Shown: piece by piece, positions 20,043-29,425 of the stretch
How positions within the stretch are numbered: the stretch's first letter is position 1
Layout: the number at the start of each line of letters is the position of its first letter
Assembly: GCA_032128875.1 (NCBI GenBank)
Contig: JAVLKG010000009.1
Location: forward strand, 206,936-270,935
Direction: 5' to 3'
Origin: Candidatus Melainabacteria bacterium 17Bon1m
Lineage (GTDB): Bacteria; Cyanobacteriota; Vampirovibrionia; Obscuribacterales; Obscuribacteraceae
Length of the DNA stretch: 64,000 nt
Notes under the pieces: generated by a model
The model's input: only the letters and a program-made list of their open reading frames with translations
What the model was told of the DNA's origin: nothing
The model's database searches: none
Program-made: the position numbers and the translations under genes

Positions 20043-21653
20043 ATGCTTGCCGAATCTCTGATTAAGCTGAGGCAATCCGGCTTATTCGACGAGCGGTATT
20101 ATAACACTCAGCTAAAGGTGCCGCTTTTGGGCGATAAGGCGCTAGAGCACTACCTTCTTTTTGGTGTTGTCCAAAAGCTCAATCCTCATCCGCTTTTCAT
20201 TTCCGACTATTATTTGGAGGTTTATCCGGATGTGGATAGCGCCTCTATAAATCCGCTTATTCACTTCATCGAATTTGGTTTCAAAGAAAATCGCAGTCCT
20301 CATCCATTATTCGATTGCAACTTTTACTTAGACCAGTTTAGACCGGGCGATCGATCCTCGATAATTCCTTTTTTCCATTACTTGAATCAAGGCTGGATGG
20401 AGGGTAAGAACCCGCATCCGATGTTTGATTCTGAATACTATGTACGAGAGAATCGTGAGCTGCTCGCTGATGCTGATTTGAATCCTCTCGTGCACTATCT
20501 GGCTACAGGGCATGCGATTGGGTGCAATCCTCATCCATTCTTCGATTCGAAGCATTATTTGTCCAAGCTGTCGCGCCCAATGCCAGATGGTTTCTTAGCC
20601 AATCCGCTTGTCCATTTTGTTTTGTGTGGAGTACATGAGGCTATTTCGCCACATCCGAAAATTGCCTCAGATGAAATTGTCAATTATTTGAAGGGGAGAG
20701 GACCGCATTGTGCAGAGGTATTCATGTATGGCTTTTCATCCGTCGATCGCAGTGCATTCGGCAATGTGTTTGAGAATTCGAAACGGCAATATGTTACGCC
20801 GGACTTTTTGCTGGCGCCTGCGGACGATAGTGTGATCGAATTGCAGTTCTCCATTCCCACCCTCAAGAACGTTGTTTCGCAGCTCTGTACTGCAAGTCAA
20901 TTTGGAACAAGCGAATATCTATCCTGGTGCAAGAGGCTGAAAAAGGAGCCACAGAAATCCAGAAAGTTATGGGAATATGTTTTTATTTTGTCTGCGCTTG
21001 AGCAATCCGGAGCGCTAAAGAGTGGCAACTCTGGTATCGGATTTGGTACCGGGCAAGAACCATTACCATCGTTTTTCGCAAGCCTTGAAATTGATGTTTT
21101 GGCAACTGATGCGCCAGCTGAAATTGCTGAAGCCTGGACTGCTACCATGCAGTGCTCAACTTCTGCGGAGATGCTTTTCGATGAAGGTATAGTTGAGCGC
21201 GAAAGATTTGAACGTCATGTGAGACACGCACTTGTTGATATGAATTCAATTCCTTCCGACTTGCGCGGATATGATTTCTGCTGGTCATCTTGTGCTCTAG
21301 AACACCTCGGTTCGATTGACAAAGGTCTGAGCTTCATTGAAAACAGCTTGGATTGCGTGAAGCCTGGTGGAGTGGTCGTTCACACAACAGAATTCAATCT
21401 CGATAGCAACTCGGAAACGATAGACAACGAAGGGACAGTCTTATTCCGACGTAGAGACATCGAGCTACTATCGAGAAAACTTGCCTTAGCTGGTCACGAA
21501 GTTTTTCCTCTGAATCTCTGCACAGGCGACGAGAAAGTCGATCATTACATTGATGTTCCACCTTTCTCTCTCCCACACTTGAAGCTCCAAGTTTCAGGCT
21601 TCACTACGACATCGTTTGGTCTGGTCGTCAGGAAAAGGCTAGAAACCTACTAA
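20043..21653 (+). CDS. NPHPxFD-repeat protein fused to a class I SAM-dependent methyltransferase
   Basis: About five (N/S)PHP repeats; RKLWEY, GFGTGQE, DFCWSSCALEHLG, KPGG. Confidence 0.85.
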   Translation: MLAESLIKLRQSGLFDERYYNTQLKVPLLGDKALEHYLLFGVVQKLNPHPLFISDYYLEVYPDVDSASINPLIHFIEFGFKENRSPHPLFDCNFYLDQFRPGDRSSIIPFFHYLNQGWMEGKNPHPMFDSEYYVRENRELLADADLNPLVHYLATGHAIGCNPHPFFDSKHYLSKLSRPMPDGFLANPLVHFVLCGVHEAISPHPKIASDEIVNYLKGRGPHCAEVFMYGFSSVDRSAFGNVFENSKRQYVTPDFLLAPADDSVIELQFSIPTLKNVVSQLCTASQFGTSEYLSWCKRLKKEPQKSRKLWEYVFILSALEQSGALKSGNSGIGFGTGQEPLPSFFASLEIDVLATDAPAEIAEAWTATMQCSTSAEMLFDEGIVERERFERHVRHALVDMNSIPSDLRGYDFCWSSCALEHLGSIDKGLSFIENSLDCVKPGGVVVHTTEFNLDSNSETIDNEGTVLFRRRDIELLSRKLALAGHEVFPLNLCTGDEKVDHYIDVPPFSLPHLKLQVSGFTTTSFGLVVRKRLETY

Positions 21654-21736
21654 GTCTCTTTGGAGCTTTACTTTCTGGTCTTATCTAATCTCTTCAGTCT
21701 GAGTTGAGCATTTAATGCTCGCCTGGAGATATATAC

Positions 21737-21952
21737 ACGCCTTCAGGATGGGCTAAAATGCCTGAAATCCTTGGCTGGCAAGTGTTTTGGTCGAAACACT
21801 CTCTGCCGCAAGGGAGGCGTTTAATGTGCCCAGTGGTTGGCGTCTTGCAGGGGCGTCCGGCCAGGTGGGCGTTTCCAGTGTGGGAGATTTACGAAGCCGG
21901 GGGGATTTTCCCCAATTGGAAATGCCGACTCACCGCCGTAAAGTGAGGGCAC
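21737..21952 (+). ncRNA. Candidate structured RNA leader with two multibranch domains (family unknown)
   Basis: Nested complementary stems with many G-U pairs, favouring the + strand. Confidence 0.5.
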
Positions 21953-21999
21953 GAACAGCGAAGTTGCCGACACGATTTTTTGGAAAACAGGTGGGAATT

Positions 22000-22230
22000 A
22001 TGTTTAAGAACTCATGCGACGAAGAAAAACTCTGCCAAGTCCTCAAAGCCTACGTTGAAGAGTGGGGTCCGGAAAATGTAATCGTGTCCGTTCCGCGCCA
22101 CTGGTCCGAATACTCGACTAGCTCCCTCGGACGCGTCAGATTGGAATTCGCAACCCGCGACACAGTATCTATCCGCGTTGAATACGACTTTGTCCGCTTG
22201 AACTACGACGTTCAACTGCAAGCCGCTTAA
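22000..22230 (+). CDS. Small hypothetical protein (76 aa)
   Basis: ATG after AGGTGGGA; codon style like highly expressed genes; followed by a terminator. Confidence 0.7.
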   Translation: MFKNSCDEEKLCQVLKAYVEEWGPENVIVSVPRHWSEYSTSSLGRVRLEFATRDTVSIRVEYDFVRLNYDVQLQAA

Positions 22231-22296
22231 GTCAACAACTAACTTCTTCCCCGATCAGGCAGACGATCGGATTGAGAACACCACACACAAGCATTT

Positions 22297-22325
22297 AAGA
22301 CCGCCTCCCACCGGCGGTCTTTTTG
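22297..22325 (+). terminator. Intrinsic terminator
   Basis: AAGACCGCC-tcccacc-GGCGGTCTT followed by a T run. Confidence 0.85.
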
Positions 22326-22365
22326 TTTAGAACTTCGTAGTCGCTGTTGCATTGGCGCGGAGTTG

Positions 22366-22487
22366 CGTGGGGGCGCGTTGCACGCGCCCAACAAATTTGA
22401 GAGTCGAAAAAAAATTCGAGGTCGCATGCAATGCGACCCCACGAAAGCCAGTCACGAAGACCTGGCGACGCATGGCGTCGCCCCTAC
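22366..22487. repeat. Cluster of three REP elements
   Basis: + GTGG REP at 22366; - GTGG variant 22419-22443; - GTAG REP 22464-22487 overlapping a stop codon. Confidence 0.85.
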
Positions 22488-23176
22488 AGTCGGACGGCTT
22501 TGATCACGATTTTGTCGTCGGTAAATTCGACAATTTTTCCGTCGACGATTTTGGCTTGCAGATAGTCTTTCGCTTCTTGTGTGCTATCAACAAAAGCCTC
22601 ATGAATGCGTTGTTTTTGTTCGTCCGATAACGGAGAATGCTCGAGCCACCTGGTGGCATCCCTGGTGTCCTTTGTCAGCTTATACTCGACCAGCTTCAAA
22701 CCGTTTTCTCGCAAAAGGTTTTTCCAGTCTTCGACGGTAAACAAAGTTTTGAACGTTGAATCGCGGAGTCGTCCAATCTTCATCAGAAAGTCACCCAGAG
22801 CTCGATTATCGGGCGATATGGAGTCGCCGATAATAAGTGGGGCGTTTTCTTTTAGAACGCTTGCAACTTGCTGTAGAGCCCTAGGAACATCGTCAAAATG
22901 GTGCGTTGCCATTCGACATGTCGCGCCGTCGAATTTGTTTTTTCCAAACGACAAATTCTCAGCATCCATAACCAACGCGGTCACATTGAGAATGTTCTTT
23001 TGCTGCAGTACTTCATTGCATTTTTGAATCGCCTTTTCGGACGAATCAATTGCGGTGACAACGCATCCGACATCAGCAAGAGCAATGGCCGTGTCGCCAT
23101 GGTGCGTCGCGAGGTCTAGAACGTGTGCGCCAGGCACGGGTTTGAGGAGGTCGATAAGTAATTGAGGTTCAAACAT
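22484..23176 (-). CDS. Class I SAM-dependent methyltransferase
   Basis: VLDLATHHG, DAENLSF, FDGATCRMATHHF. Confidence 0.88.
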   Translation of the reverse strand: MFEPQLLIDLLKPVPGAHVLDLATHHGDTAIALADVGCVVTAIDSSEKAIQKCNEVLQQKNILNVTALVMDAENLSFGKNKFDGATCRMATHHFDDVPRALQQVASVLKENAPLIIGDSISPDNRALGDFLMKIGRLRDSTFKTLFTVEDWKNLLRENGLKLVEYKLTKDTRDATRWLEHSPLSDEQKQRIHEAFVDSTQEAKDYLQAKIVDGKIVEFTDDKIVIKAVRL

Positions 23177-23273
23177 CAAAGAAAACCGGATGAGGGAAAA
23201 CACAGTTTAACCTCATCCGGCGTTGGATATGCATCAAATTTTGTTGATTGAAATTCGGTCGATCTGAAATTAT

Positions 23274-25265
23274 CTAGACAAGATTTGCGTAGAACTGAAG
23301 GTCTTGAATGGATATTCCGCTGTTTTCATCGCCTCTTTCGTTGTTGGCACCTTCCTGGAATTTTGAATAATAGGCTCTCAAATAGTTGAGCATGGCGCGG
23401 TCTTGAGGCGGCATGTCGCGTGTCAACAGTGCTTGCGTAAGCTCATTACGGTCAATGAATCTGTCGCCGTTGCGATTGACGTACTCCAGGTTTTTGGTGA
23501 GCAGATTCGTGGCGGCAGCCTGCATTTGCTCAGCTTGCCGCAGGTCATTTCGAGAAATGCCGCTGTTTTCATCGCCTCTTTCGTCGTTCACGAGCTCTTG
23601 AATCTTGCCCTCGCGAGCCGCCATGCGGCTCAAAGAGGCCTTGTCTTTATCGGACAGTTGGCGCTCAAACACTCTCACATACGCTTGAATCTCTTCGCGA
23701 CTAACTCTGTCATCGCCACTTCTGTCAATGTTCTTCCAGTGTTTTCTCAGAACGTCCGGATCAGAGAGTTCTCGCTCTGCCGTTGGCTTGGTCTGTGCGA
23801 CCTCAGGTTTTTCAAGGCGCGGCACTGCTCCTACTGGTGCTATTCCGACTGGCGGTGCTGATTCGACGGGCCTTGCTGTTTCGACAGGAGTGCTCGGTAA
23901 CTCGGCACGCGGATTGGTAGGTTCCGGGCGTCGCTGGGCGTGGCGTTGGGGTGTTGTTTCTTGGCGCGTTTCTGCAGGTGCGCTCAAATCTTTGGGAATC
24001 TTTATTTCCTGTCCAGGCTGAATTAAGTTGCGATTCAAATTAGGATTGAAGTTGACGACAGCATTGATGGCGCCGACCACGTCTTGATTCGAAGGAGCGC
24101 GTCCGCCGTTGCGTTGGCGCAGTTCGTCAGCGCAGATTCTCCAAAGTGTTTCATCACGCTCAACTGTATGAGTGCGAGCGGTGGTTTCTTCAGGCTTAGC
24201 AGCTTCTTCCGGCTTTGCTTCAGGATTGGCTTCTGGTTTGGCTTCTGGTTTGGCTTCCGGTTTTGCCTCCGGTTTTGTGTCGGCGACTGGTTCGAATACT
24301 TTTTGACCTCTGGCGCTGAACGAGCCCATTGACGAGAGCGCTGCGTTCAAATCGTGACCGGTAAAACCGTTATCCTCGTCGCCCCACTCGTCATTGTTCG
24401 CCTCTTCCAATAGGCCGACCTTGTTTTTCAGATCTGCAAGCGCTTTTCTTTGATCTCCAGTCAGATTGTCCCGCGCCTTTTCGAATCCGCTGATTTCTGC
24501 TGCGGTGACGTGCCCGTTGCCGTCGGCATCCATGGCGCTGAAATTCTCAACAGCGAAAGTCAGGTTGTTGATTTGTTCGTTGGCGTTGGAAAGGTCCTTC
24601 TTGCTGACGCCTGCCGAAGCATCAGCTTCGTCATCATGACCTGTTTCGACAGCGGCTGAATGCACTTGAAGATTGTTCAACATTCGGTGCTCGTCTGCAG
24701 TCAATTCATTATTCGATGCGAACTGACTAATTTCTTCGTTGGATAAGAAGCCGTTGCCGTCCCCATCCATTTTTTCGAAGTTTTTGTTGGCGTAATTCAG
24801 TGCCGTGCGCAGGTCGCCCTTGCCCTGATCTGCGCTAACACTCTCCCCAGCTGGCGCTGTGGCACCGGTTTTTGCTACTGCCAAATCCTGTCGTGTAAAG
24901 CCGTCATTCTCATCGCCCGTCTCATCATTGCTTCCTTCTTCGAGATCGTCACGATGTTGTTTGATGTTAGCGCAGAGCTTTTTCTCGGCATCACTCATCG
25001 TGCTCTCGTTGGCTTTCACGTAACCATCGAATTCATGATCGCTGACGAATCCGTCACCGTTGCCATCCATGCGATCGAAATTCGCCTGTGCGTGATTGAC
25101 AGCGTCGATTGTGAGTGGCGGCAATTCTTGTGCGGCTGGGCTGGGCGCGCCAGCCCGGGCTTCGTGCAACACTCTGTTGCCCTCTTGGTCGATTGTGCTT
25201 CCCGCAGGAGCCTCCGCCTGGGTGTTTGTGCGAGCCTCTTGTGTTTCGCGCTGTCTGTCAACCAT
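23274..25265 (-). CDS. EF-hand repeat protein with a central LysM domain
   Basis: Five DxNGDGx(V/L)S-type loops; HTVERDETLWRI...NLIQPGQEIKIP; GAGGA RBS before ATG 25265. Confidence 0.85.
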   Translation of the reverse strand: MVDRQRETQEARTNTQAEAPAGSTIDQEGNRVLHEARAGAPSPAAQELPPLTIDAVNHAQANFDRMDGNGDGFVSDHEFDGYVKANESTMSDAEKKLCANIKQHRDDLEEGSNDETGDENDGFTRQDLAVAKTGATAPAGESVSADQGKGDLRTALNYANKNFEKMDGDGNGFLSNEEISQFASNNELTADEHRMLNNLQVHSAAVETGHDDEADASAGVSKKDLSNANEQINNLTFAVENFSAMDADGNGHVTAAEISGFEKARDNLTGDQRKALADLKNKVGLLEEANNDEWGDEDNGFTGHDLNAALSSMGSFSARGQKVFEPVADTKPEAKPEAKPEAKPEANPEAKPEEAAKPEETTARTHTVERDETLWRICADELRQRNGGRAPSNQDVVGAINAVVNFNPNLNRNLIQPGQEIKIPKDLSAPAETRQETTPQRHAQRRPEPTNPRAELPSTPVETARPVESAPPVGIAPVGAVPRLEKPEVAQTKPTAERELSDPDVLRKHWKNIDRSGDDRVSREEIQAYVRVFERQLSDKDKASLSRMAAREGKIQELVNDERGDENSGISRNDLRQAEQMQAAATNLLTKNLEYVNRNGDRFIDRNELTQALLTRDMPPQDRAMLNYLRAYYSKFQEGANNERGDENSGISIQDLQFYANLV

Positions 25266-25447
25266 CAAAGTGTCCTCGAGTCGGTAGTAGCGTTTATATG
25301 GTCCGGAGGAATGCCGGGAATAACCGGTTCCATACATATACGTCCGCCGCGGGCGGAAGTTGTTACCAAGGTGTTAACACCACACCTGGCGACTCTTCTG
25401 CCCACGGGCACCCGATTACACGCTATTAAACGATTGAGGAAACTGTT

Positions 25448-26077
25448 TTAGTGATGCGCTAGTTTGGACAGGCACGTAAAACCGAAACAGATAACCACAA
25501 GTCCGGAGATTCTATTGATCACTCCCATTGAGTTCTTGCTAAGTTTTTCACGCACCTTTGAGACTAGAGCGCAAAGGAACAGCCACCATATGAGTGACCC
25601 GAGAAACACACCGAAGACGATGATGAGTGTGTTTTCTTTCGCGGCTTCCAGCTCTTTCACGCCCACTGCAGCGAAAACTGCAATGAAAGACATGATGGTC
25701 ATCGGGTTGAGCATGGTCAAAAACAGCGTGCTGAAAAACGCCGCGAGCAGCCCTTTCTTTTCGTTTTCTACTGCGGCTTCTGAGGCTTCTTTTGGAACTG
25801 TTCGAAATGTATCTATTCCGATTTTGAACAAGAGAATCGCCGCGCAAACGTTCATAAGATTTGCGTGTGGACTGATAATCGCCAGGGCTGATGTCATCGA
25901 GACTGCGGCAATCAAACCGTAGCAGCCGTCAGCCATTGCAGCTCCCAGCCCTGAGGCAAAGCCTCTAGCAAAACCAAAGTCTAGTGTTCTCTTTATACAT
26001 ATAATGCCGATTGGTCCCACCGGCGCAGCAATCGCCAGCCCTGCCAAAATCGCCATGCAAAAGTGTGCGAGATGCAT
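25448..26077 (-). CDS. LysE/RhtB family translocator
   Basis: APVGPIG, GLGAAMADG, TMLNPMTI, GVFLGSLIWW; GGAGG RBS. Confidence 0.92.
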   Translation of the reverse strand: MHLAHFCMAILAGLAIAAPVGPIGIICIKRTLDFGFARGFASGLGAAMADGCYGLIAAVSMTSALAIISPHANLMNVCAAILLFKIGIDTFRTVPKEASEAAVENEKKGLLAAFFSTLFLTMLNPMTIMSFIAVFAAVGVKELEAAKENTLIIVFGVFLGSLIWWLFLCALVSKVREKLSKNSMGVINRISGLVVICFGFTCLSKLAHH

Positions 26078-26476
26078 TTCCAATTCCTCCGTGAAACGCA
26101 TGTCGTGCGCGTGTATTCTCGCTGCTGTTGCACCTTTTACTAAAGGTCTGCATATGCGAAGCGAGTGTTGCAACGCAACACGAAATGAAAAAGCTAAAAA
26201 GGGAAATGGAAATTAGATGCGGGGCGGGCCCGCATTATTTTGCGAATTATTCTGTACGCCTGCAAGAGTGGCAGTCAACGCAATTCCCACAGGCAGCGCC
26301 AGCAGCCACGCTACGCAACTAAATGCGGCGCTGAAAATTTCGTAGCTGTAAGTGCTGGGTGGCATTTTGATAACTAAGCTATTGAACGCAGGGCGTACAA
26401 AAAACAACACATACTGATTATGCATGAGAACCTGGACAGGTCAAAGCAATTCTGCATAGTTGCAGAGTTTGTAAAC

Positions 26477-27721
26477 TTAGCCGGCCATCGCCGGAGACAG
26501 TCCGAGCACGTGCAGGCGGTTTGTACTCTCGGTTTGAACACGCGTCAGCGCGTCTTGCAGGTCGACACCGGTGCGACGGCAATATAAAATCGCCATTGTC
26601 GCCAATTCCCACTTGATCTTTCCACCTTCAACGAGCGATACACAGCGTGCTGTATCTCGCATTAGCTGGGGCGTAAGAGTTTCTGACTGAACAAGTGCGG
26701 TCAAGACATCCGTTGCCTCACCAGCGTAGAAGCCAGCAGCTTTGCTTACTTCTTCTTGTGTGACAGCGCCTGATTGCATAAGCAGGGAAAGCATTTTTGC
26801 CTTCAATTGCCCGAGCTCTTTCATCAAGTCTTCGAGTGGTAGTTGTAGATTGTGGACCTGCCTCAGGAGGTCGAAAGCCTGTTGAACAGTGATAAGCGCG
26901 CTCTCAATCATGTTCTGCAGTTTGAGTGCGGCACGCAGGACAAGAGCGGTTACCAGACCGCTTTCATGAAACACCTGTCCGATTGGTTTGCAAGTTTCTA
27001 GCCCGACCTCTGCCGCGTTTATCGCATCGAAATCAGCTATCAGACCGGCTCCTGTGAGCAGGGCACCCAGCTTCGGTCTTGTCTCTTCTTCCTTATTTTC
27101 CACGCCGATAGACCTAAGTGCTTCTTCCAGAGTTGCTTTTCCAAACGCAACATCTTTGAGTACATCAGCGGCCGAGTTTAATAGTAATTGTTGGTCTCTC
27201 ACCATGCGGAGCAGTTCTACGCCTGCTTCCAGAATGGGCACGGTGATAATTTGAGTAAGCAGTAAAACTCTGCCCAGAGTGAGTCCGCAATCGCGAGCCT
27301 GATCCATAGCCACTGCCAGCTGAAATTCACTTACTAAATGTGCCGCTAGGAAGAGCTCACCAAGCAGGTTTGGATTAACAACAGAAATTGCTTGCATGAT
27401 CGTACTTTCCAGCGCTGCAGCAAATGGCAGGCAATTATCGTACGCAAATTTTAGTGCGTAAGCTGCCTGATCTGGAGTAAGATTTTTTGACTCGACCTCT
27501 TTCACTGCTTCCATTGAAGCGCGAAGATCCGCATCAGCAAGGAATCCGCCATGCAGAAGCATGCGTCCCATCTCTTCCGGGTCGCGGTCGCTGGATGTAT
27601 ATGTTTCGGAAATTACTTCCACGTCTACGATACCAGCGGTGGTGAGTACCTGCCCTAGTATTGACGCTCTTTTTATTCTTCTTTGATCGCTATTTTTTAA
27701 ACTCTGCATTTTAATCACCAA
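26477..27721 (-). CDS. Protein built of tandem MshEN-like repeats
   Basis: Repeated LGxxLxxxG(L/I)(V/I) motifs. Confidence 0.65.
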   Translation of the reverse strand: MVIKMQSLKNSDQRRIKRASILGQVLTTAGIVDVEVISETYTSSDRDPEEMGRMLLHGGFLADADLRASMEAVKEVESKNLTPDQAAYALKFAYDNCLPFAAALESTIMQAISVVNPNLLGELFLAAHLVSEFQLAVAMDQARDCGLTLGRVLLLTQIITVPILEAGVELLRMVRDQQLLLNSAADVLKDVAFGKATLEEALRSIGVENKEEETRPKLGALLTGAGLIADFDAINAAEVGLETCKPIGQVFHESGLVTALVLRAALKLQNMIESALITVQQAFDLLRQVHNLQLPLEDLMKELGQLKAKMLSLLMQSGAVTQEEVSKAAGFYAGEATDVLTALVQSETLTPQLMRDTARCVSLVEGGKIKWELATMAILYCRRTGVDLQDALTRVQTESTNRLHVLGLSPAMAG

Positions 27722-28112
27722 ATACGCGTTTAGGGGCGCACGCGACAGATTTGGGAATGCCTACAACAATTCCTTTTCTGTACTTTTATTTGGAGTCTTA
27801 GCGGACCGATTTGAGCTGAATGCTTTTCTTTTTTTCTAAGCTGCAAAAATGGCCATTGCGACGACTCTGGTCGGGGGTGACGCCTTAATGGTTGTCGCCA
27901 GTAGTAAGTTTCGGTTTGTAAAAACAGGGTTCGCGGCGCCGATACACAAGAGCTGCGAATTCCTAATATGCGCGCGGCTGAGACCGATGTCAAGCGTTTT
28001 GCCTTCGTAGAAATACTTAGAAGGTCGTAATAGTCGTTGGGAGGCAAGCGTTACGAGCTTCTGCGCCAGCAGGCGTGCTTAACACTTTTTGGCATTTCCC
28101 GGAAGTCCAGTA

Positions 28113-29333
28113 TTAGAGCGGCAAAGGCTGCTTATAGCAAACGCGACGTGAGTTGTGGTCCAACCAAACAAGCGTGTATTTCAGATGCGGGAAATCGACT
28201 CTAAAGCTCATCTTGTGCTGACTAATGGAATTAGGTTCTACGTGGAAGATGAATTCGGAGTCCTCATCCAAGCCGGCAGTCAGCGGGTGTTTGTTGCCTT
28301 CGCTGTCGAGCAAATAGCAATCGATGGCATTCAGGGAATGGTCTGTGTTGTTGTCGATTGATACTTCCAAGACTTTGAAATAGCAACCGCCTGCCAGATT
28401 GTCCTTTTTCGTCTTGATCTTTTTAATCGTGACGTCGAGGCCTTCTAAGCTGTAAGTCTTCGGCCGCGCCTTCGGCTCTACTGCAGCGGGCATGAGAAGG
28501 TCGCTGTCGATTGCCATATTCAAATCATCGCCAGGTTCCAGCACCGCTCTTGGTCCTTTTTCGTAGGCAGCGTAGCCACCGGCAATAAGTGCACCGGCTG
28601 CGGCGCCGATCGCGAGGTTCATCCCCTTGGACTCAGCGGTTCCCTTCATACCACCGGTCAATTGATAGGCAACAAGAGTTCCGACAATAGCTCCGCCGGC
28701 TGCGTGCGAGAGAATGCGGCCTGTTCCTTTTAACTTGGATTTCGCGGTTGATGTTTTGAAGTTGTCCGCATCGACTTTGAATGCAAATCTTCTGCCGTCA
28801 GGCGTTTTCAGCGAATCAAACGAAACTTCCAGCCAGCCCTTACGGTAGAAGCGTCTTGGATCATGAATGCGTGAGACTTTTCCGTGGAAGACGGTGCCTT
28901 CCGGAATGACTTTGTGATCATCGATATAGATGTCTTCGGATACTTTTGCGCAAATTTCGTCATTCAACTGCGCAGGCAAAAGATTCCCGTCCAAATCTCT
29001 GTCTAGAAGTCTCAGACCATTGGTAGGAACTTGAGTCAATTTGAGCTTGAATGGCGTGCCTTTGGGAACGGTGTATGTTGCACTACCTTTCAAAACTGTG
29101 CCGGGTGCTATGTCGTTGCCACCGCGTGCGGTGCCACTACTTCTTTCCTCTTGCGCTAGAACACCTGGTGCGGAAATCGAAACCGAAAGAAGAGAAGCGC
29201 AAATTGAACTGGCGCACAGTGCGGCAAGAACCTTTTGCGTTTTGGCTGGTCTCGATAGTTTGCCTGATGATTTGTTGAACTGCAAAATCACTTGTTGCTC
29301 CCAAGTTGGTGCGGGTGTTTTCTGCGACGACAC
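28113..29333 (-). CDS. Exported protein, TrbI/VirB10-like beta domain with glycine zipper and an Ig-like C-terminus
   Basis: TVPKGTPFKLKL, VIPEGTVFHGKV, AAGGAIVG/GAAAGA helices, VSIDNNTD. Confidence 0.55.
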   Translation of the reverse strand: MSSQKTPAPTWEQQVILQFNKSSGKLSRPAKTQKVLAALCASSICASLLSVSISAPGVLAQEERSSGTARGGNDIAPGTVLKGSATYTVPKGTPFKLKLTQVPTNGLRLLDRDLDGNLLPAQLNDEICAKVSEDIYIDDHKVIPEGTVFHGKVSRIHDPRRFYRKGWLEVSFDSLKTPDGRRFAFKVDADNFKTSTAKSKLKGTGRILSHAAGGAIVGTLVAYQLTGGMKGTAESKGMNLAIGAAAGALIAGGYAAYEKGPRAVLEPGDDLNMAIDSDLLMPAAVEPKARPKTYSLEGLDVTIKKIKTKKDNLAGGCYFKVLEVSIDNNTDHSLNAIDCYLLDSEGNKHPLTAGLDEDSEFIFHVEPNSISQHKMSFRVDFPHLKYTLVWLDHNSRRVCYKQPLPL

Positions 29334-29425
29334 ATGTCTAAGAATTGACCTGGCCAGTATAGCGGGGTGACACCTTTGCCAACAGGTGGACTAGTTTATC
29401 TTGGAAAGATGGGCTGAAATGCCGC

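Noticed and set aside
21787-21999. N-terminal extension making a 147-aa ORF
   Set aside because: TTG start without an RBS, running through the structured region; ATG 22000 is better supported
21737-22325. tmRNA, suggested by the ...NYDVQLQAA ending
   Set aside because: No tRNA-like acceptor or T-arm, and the ORF has its own ATG and RBS
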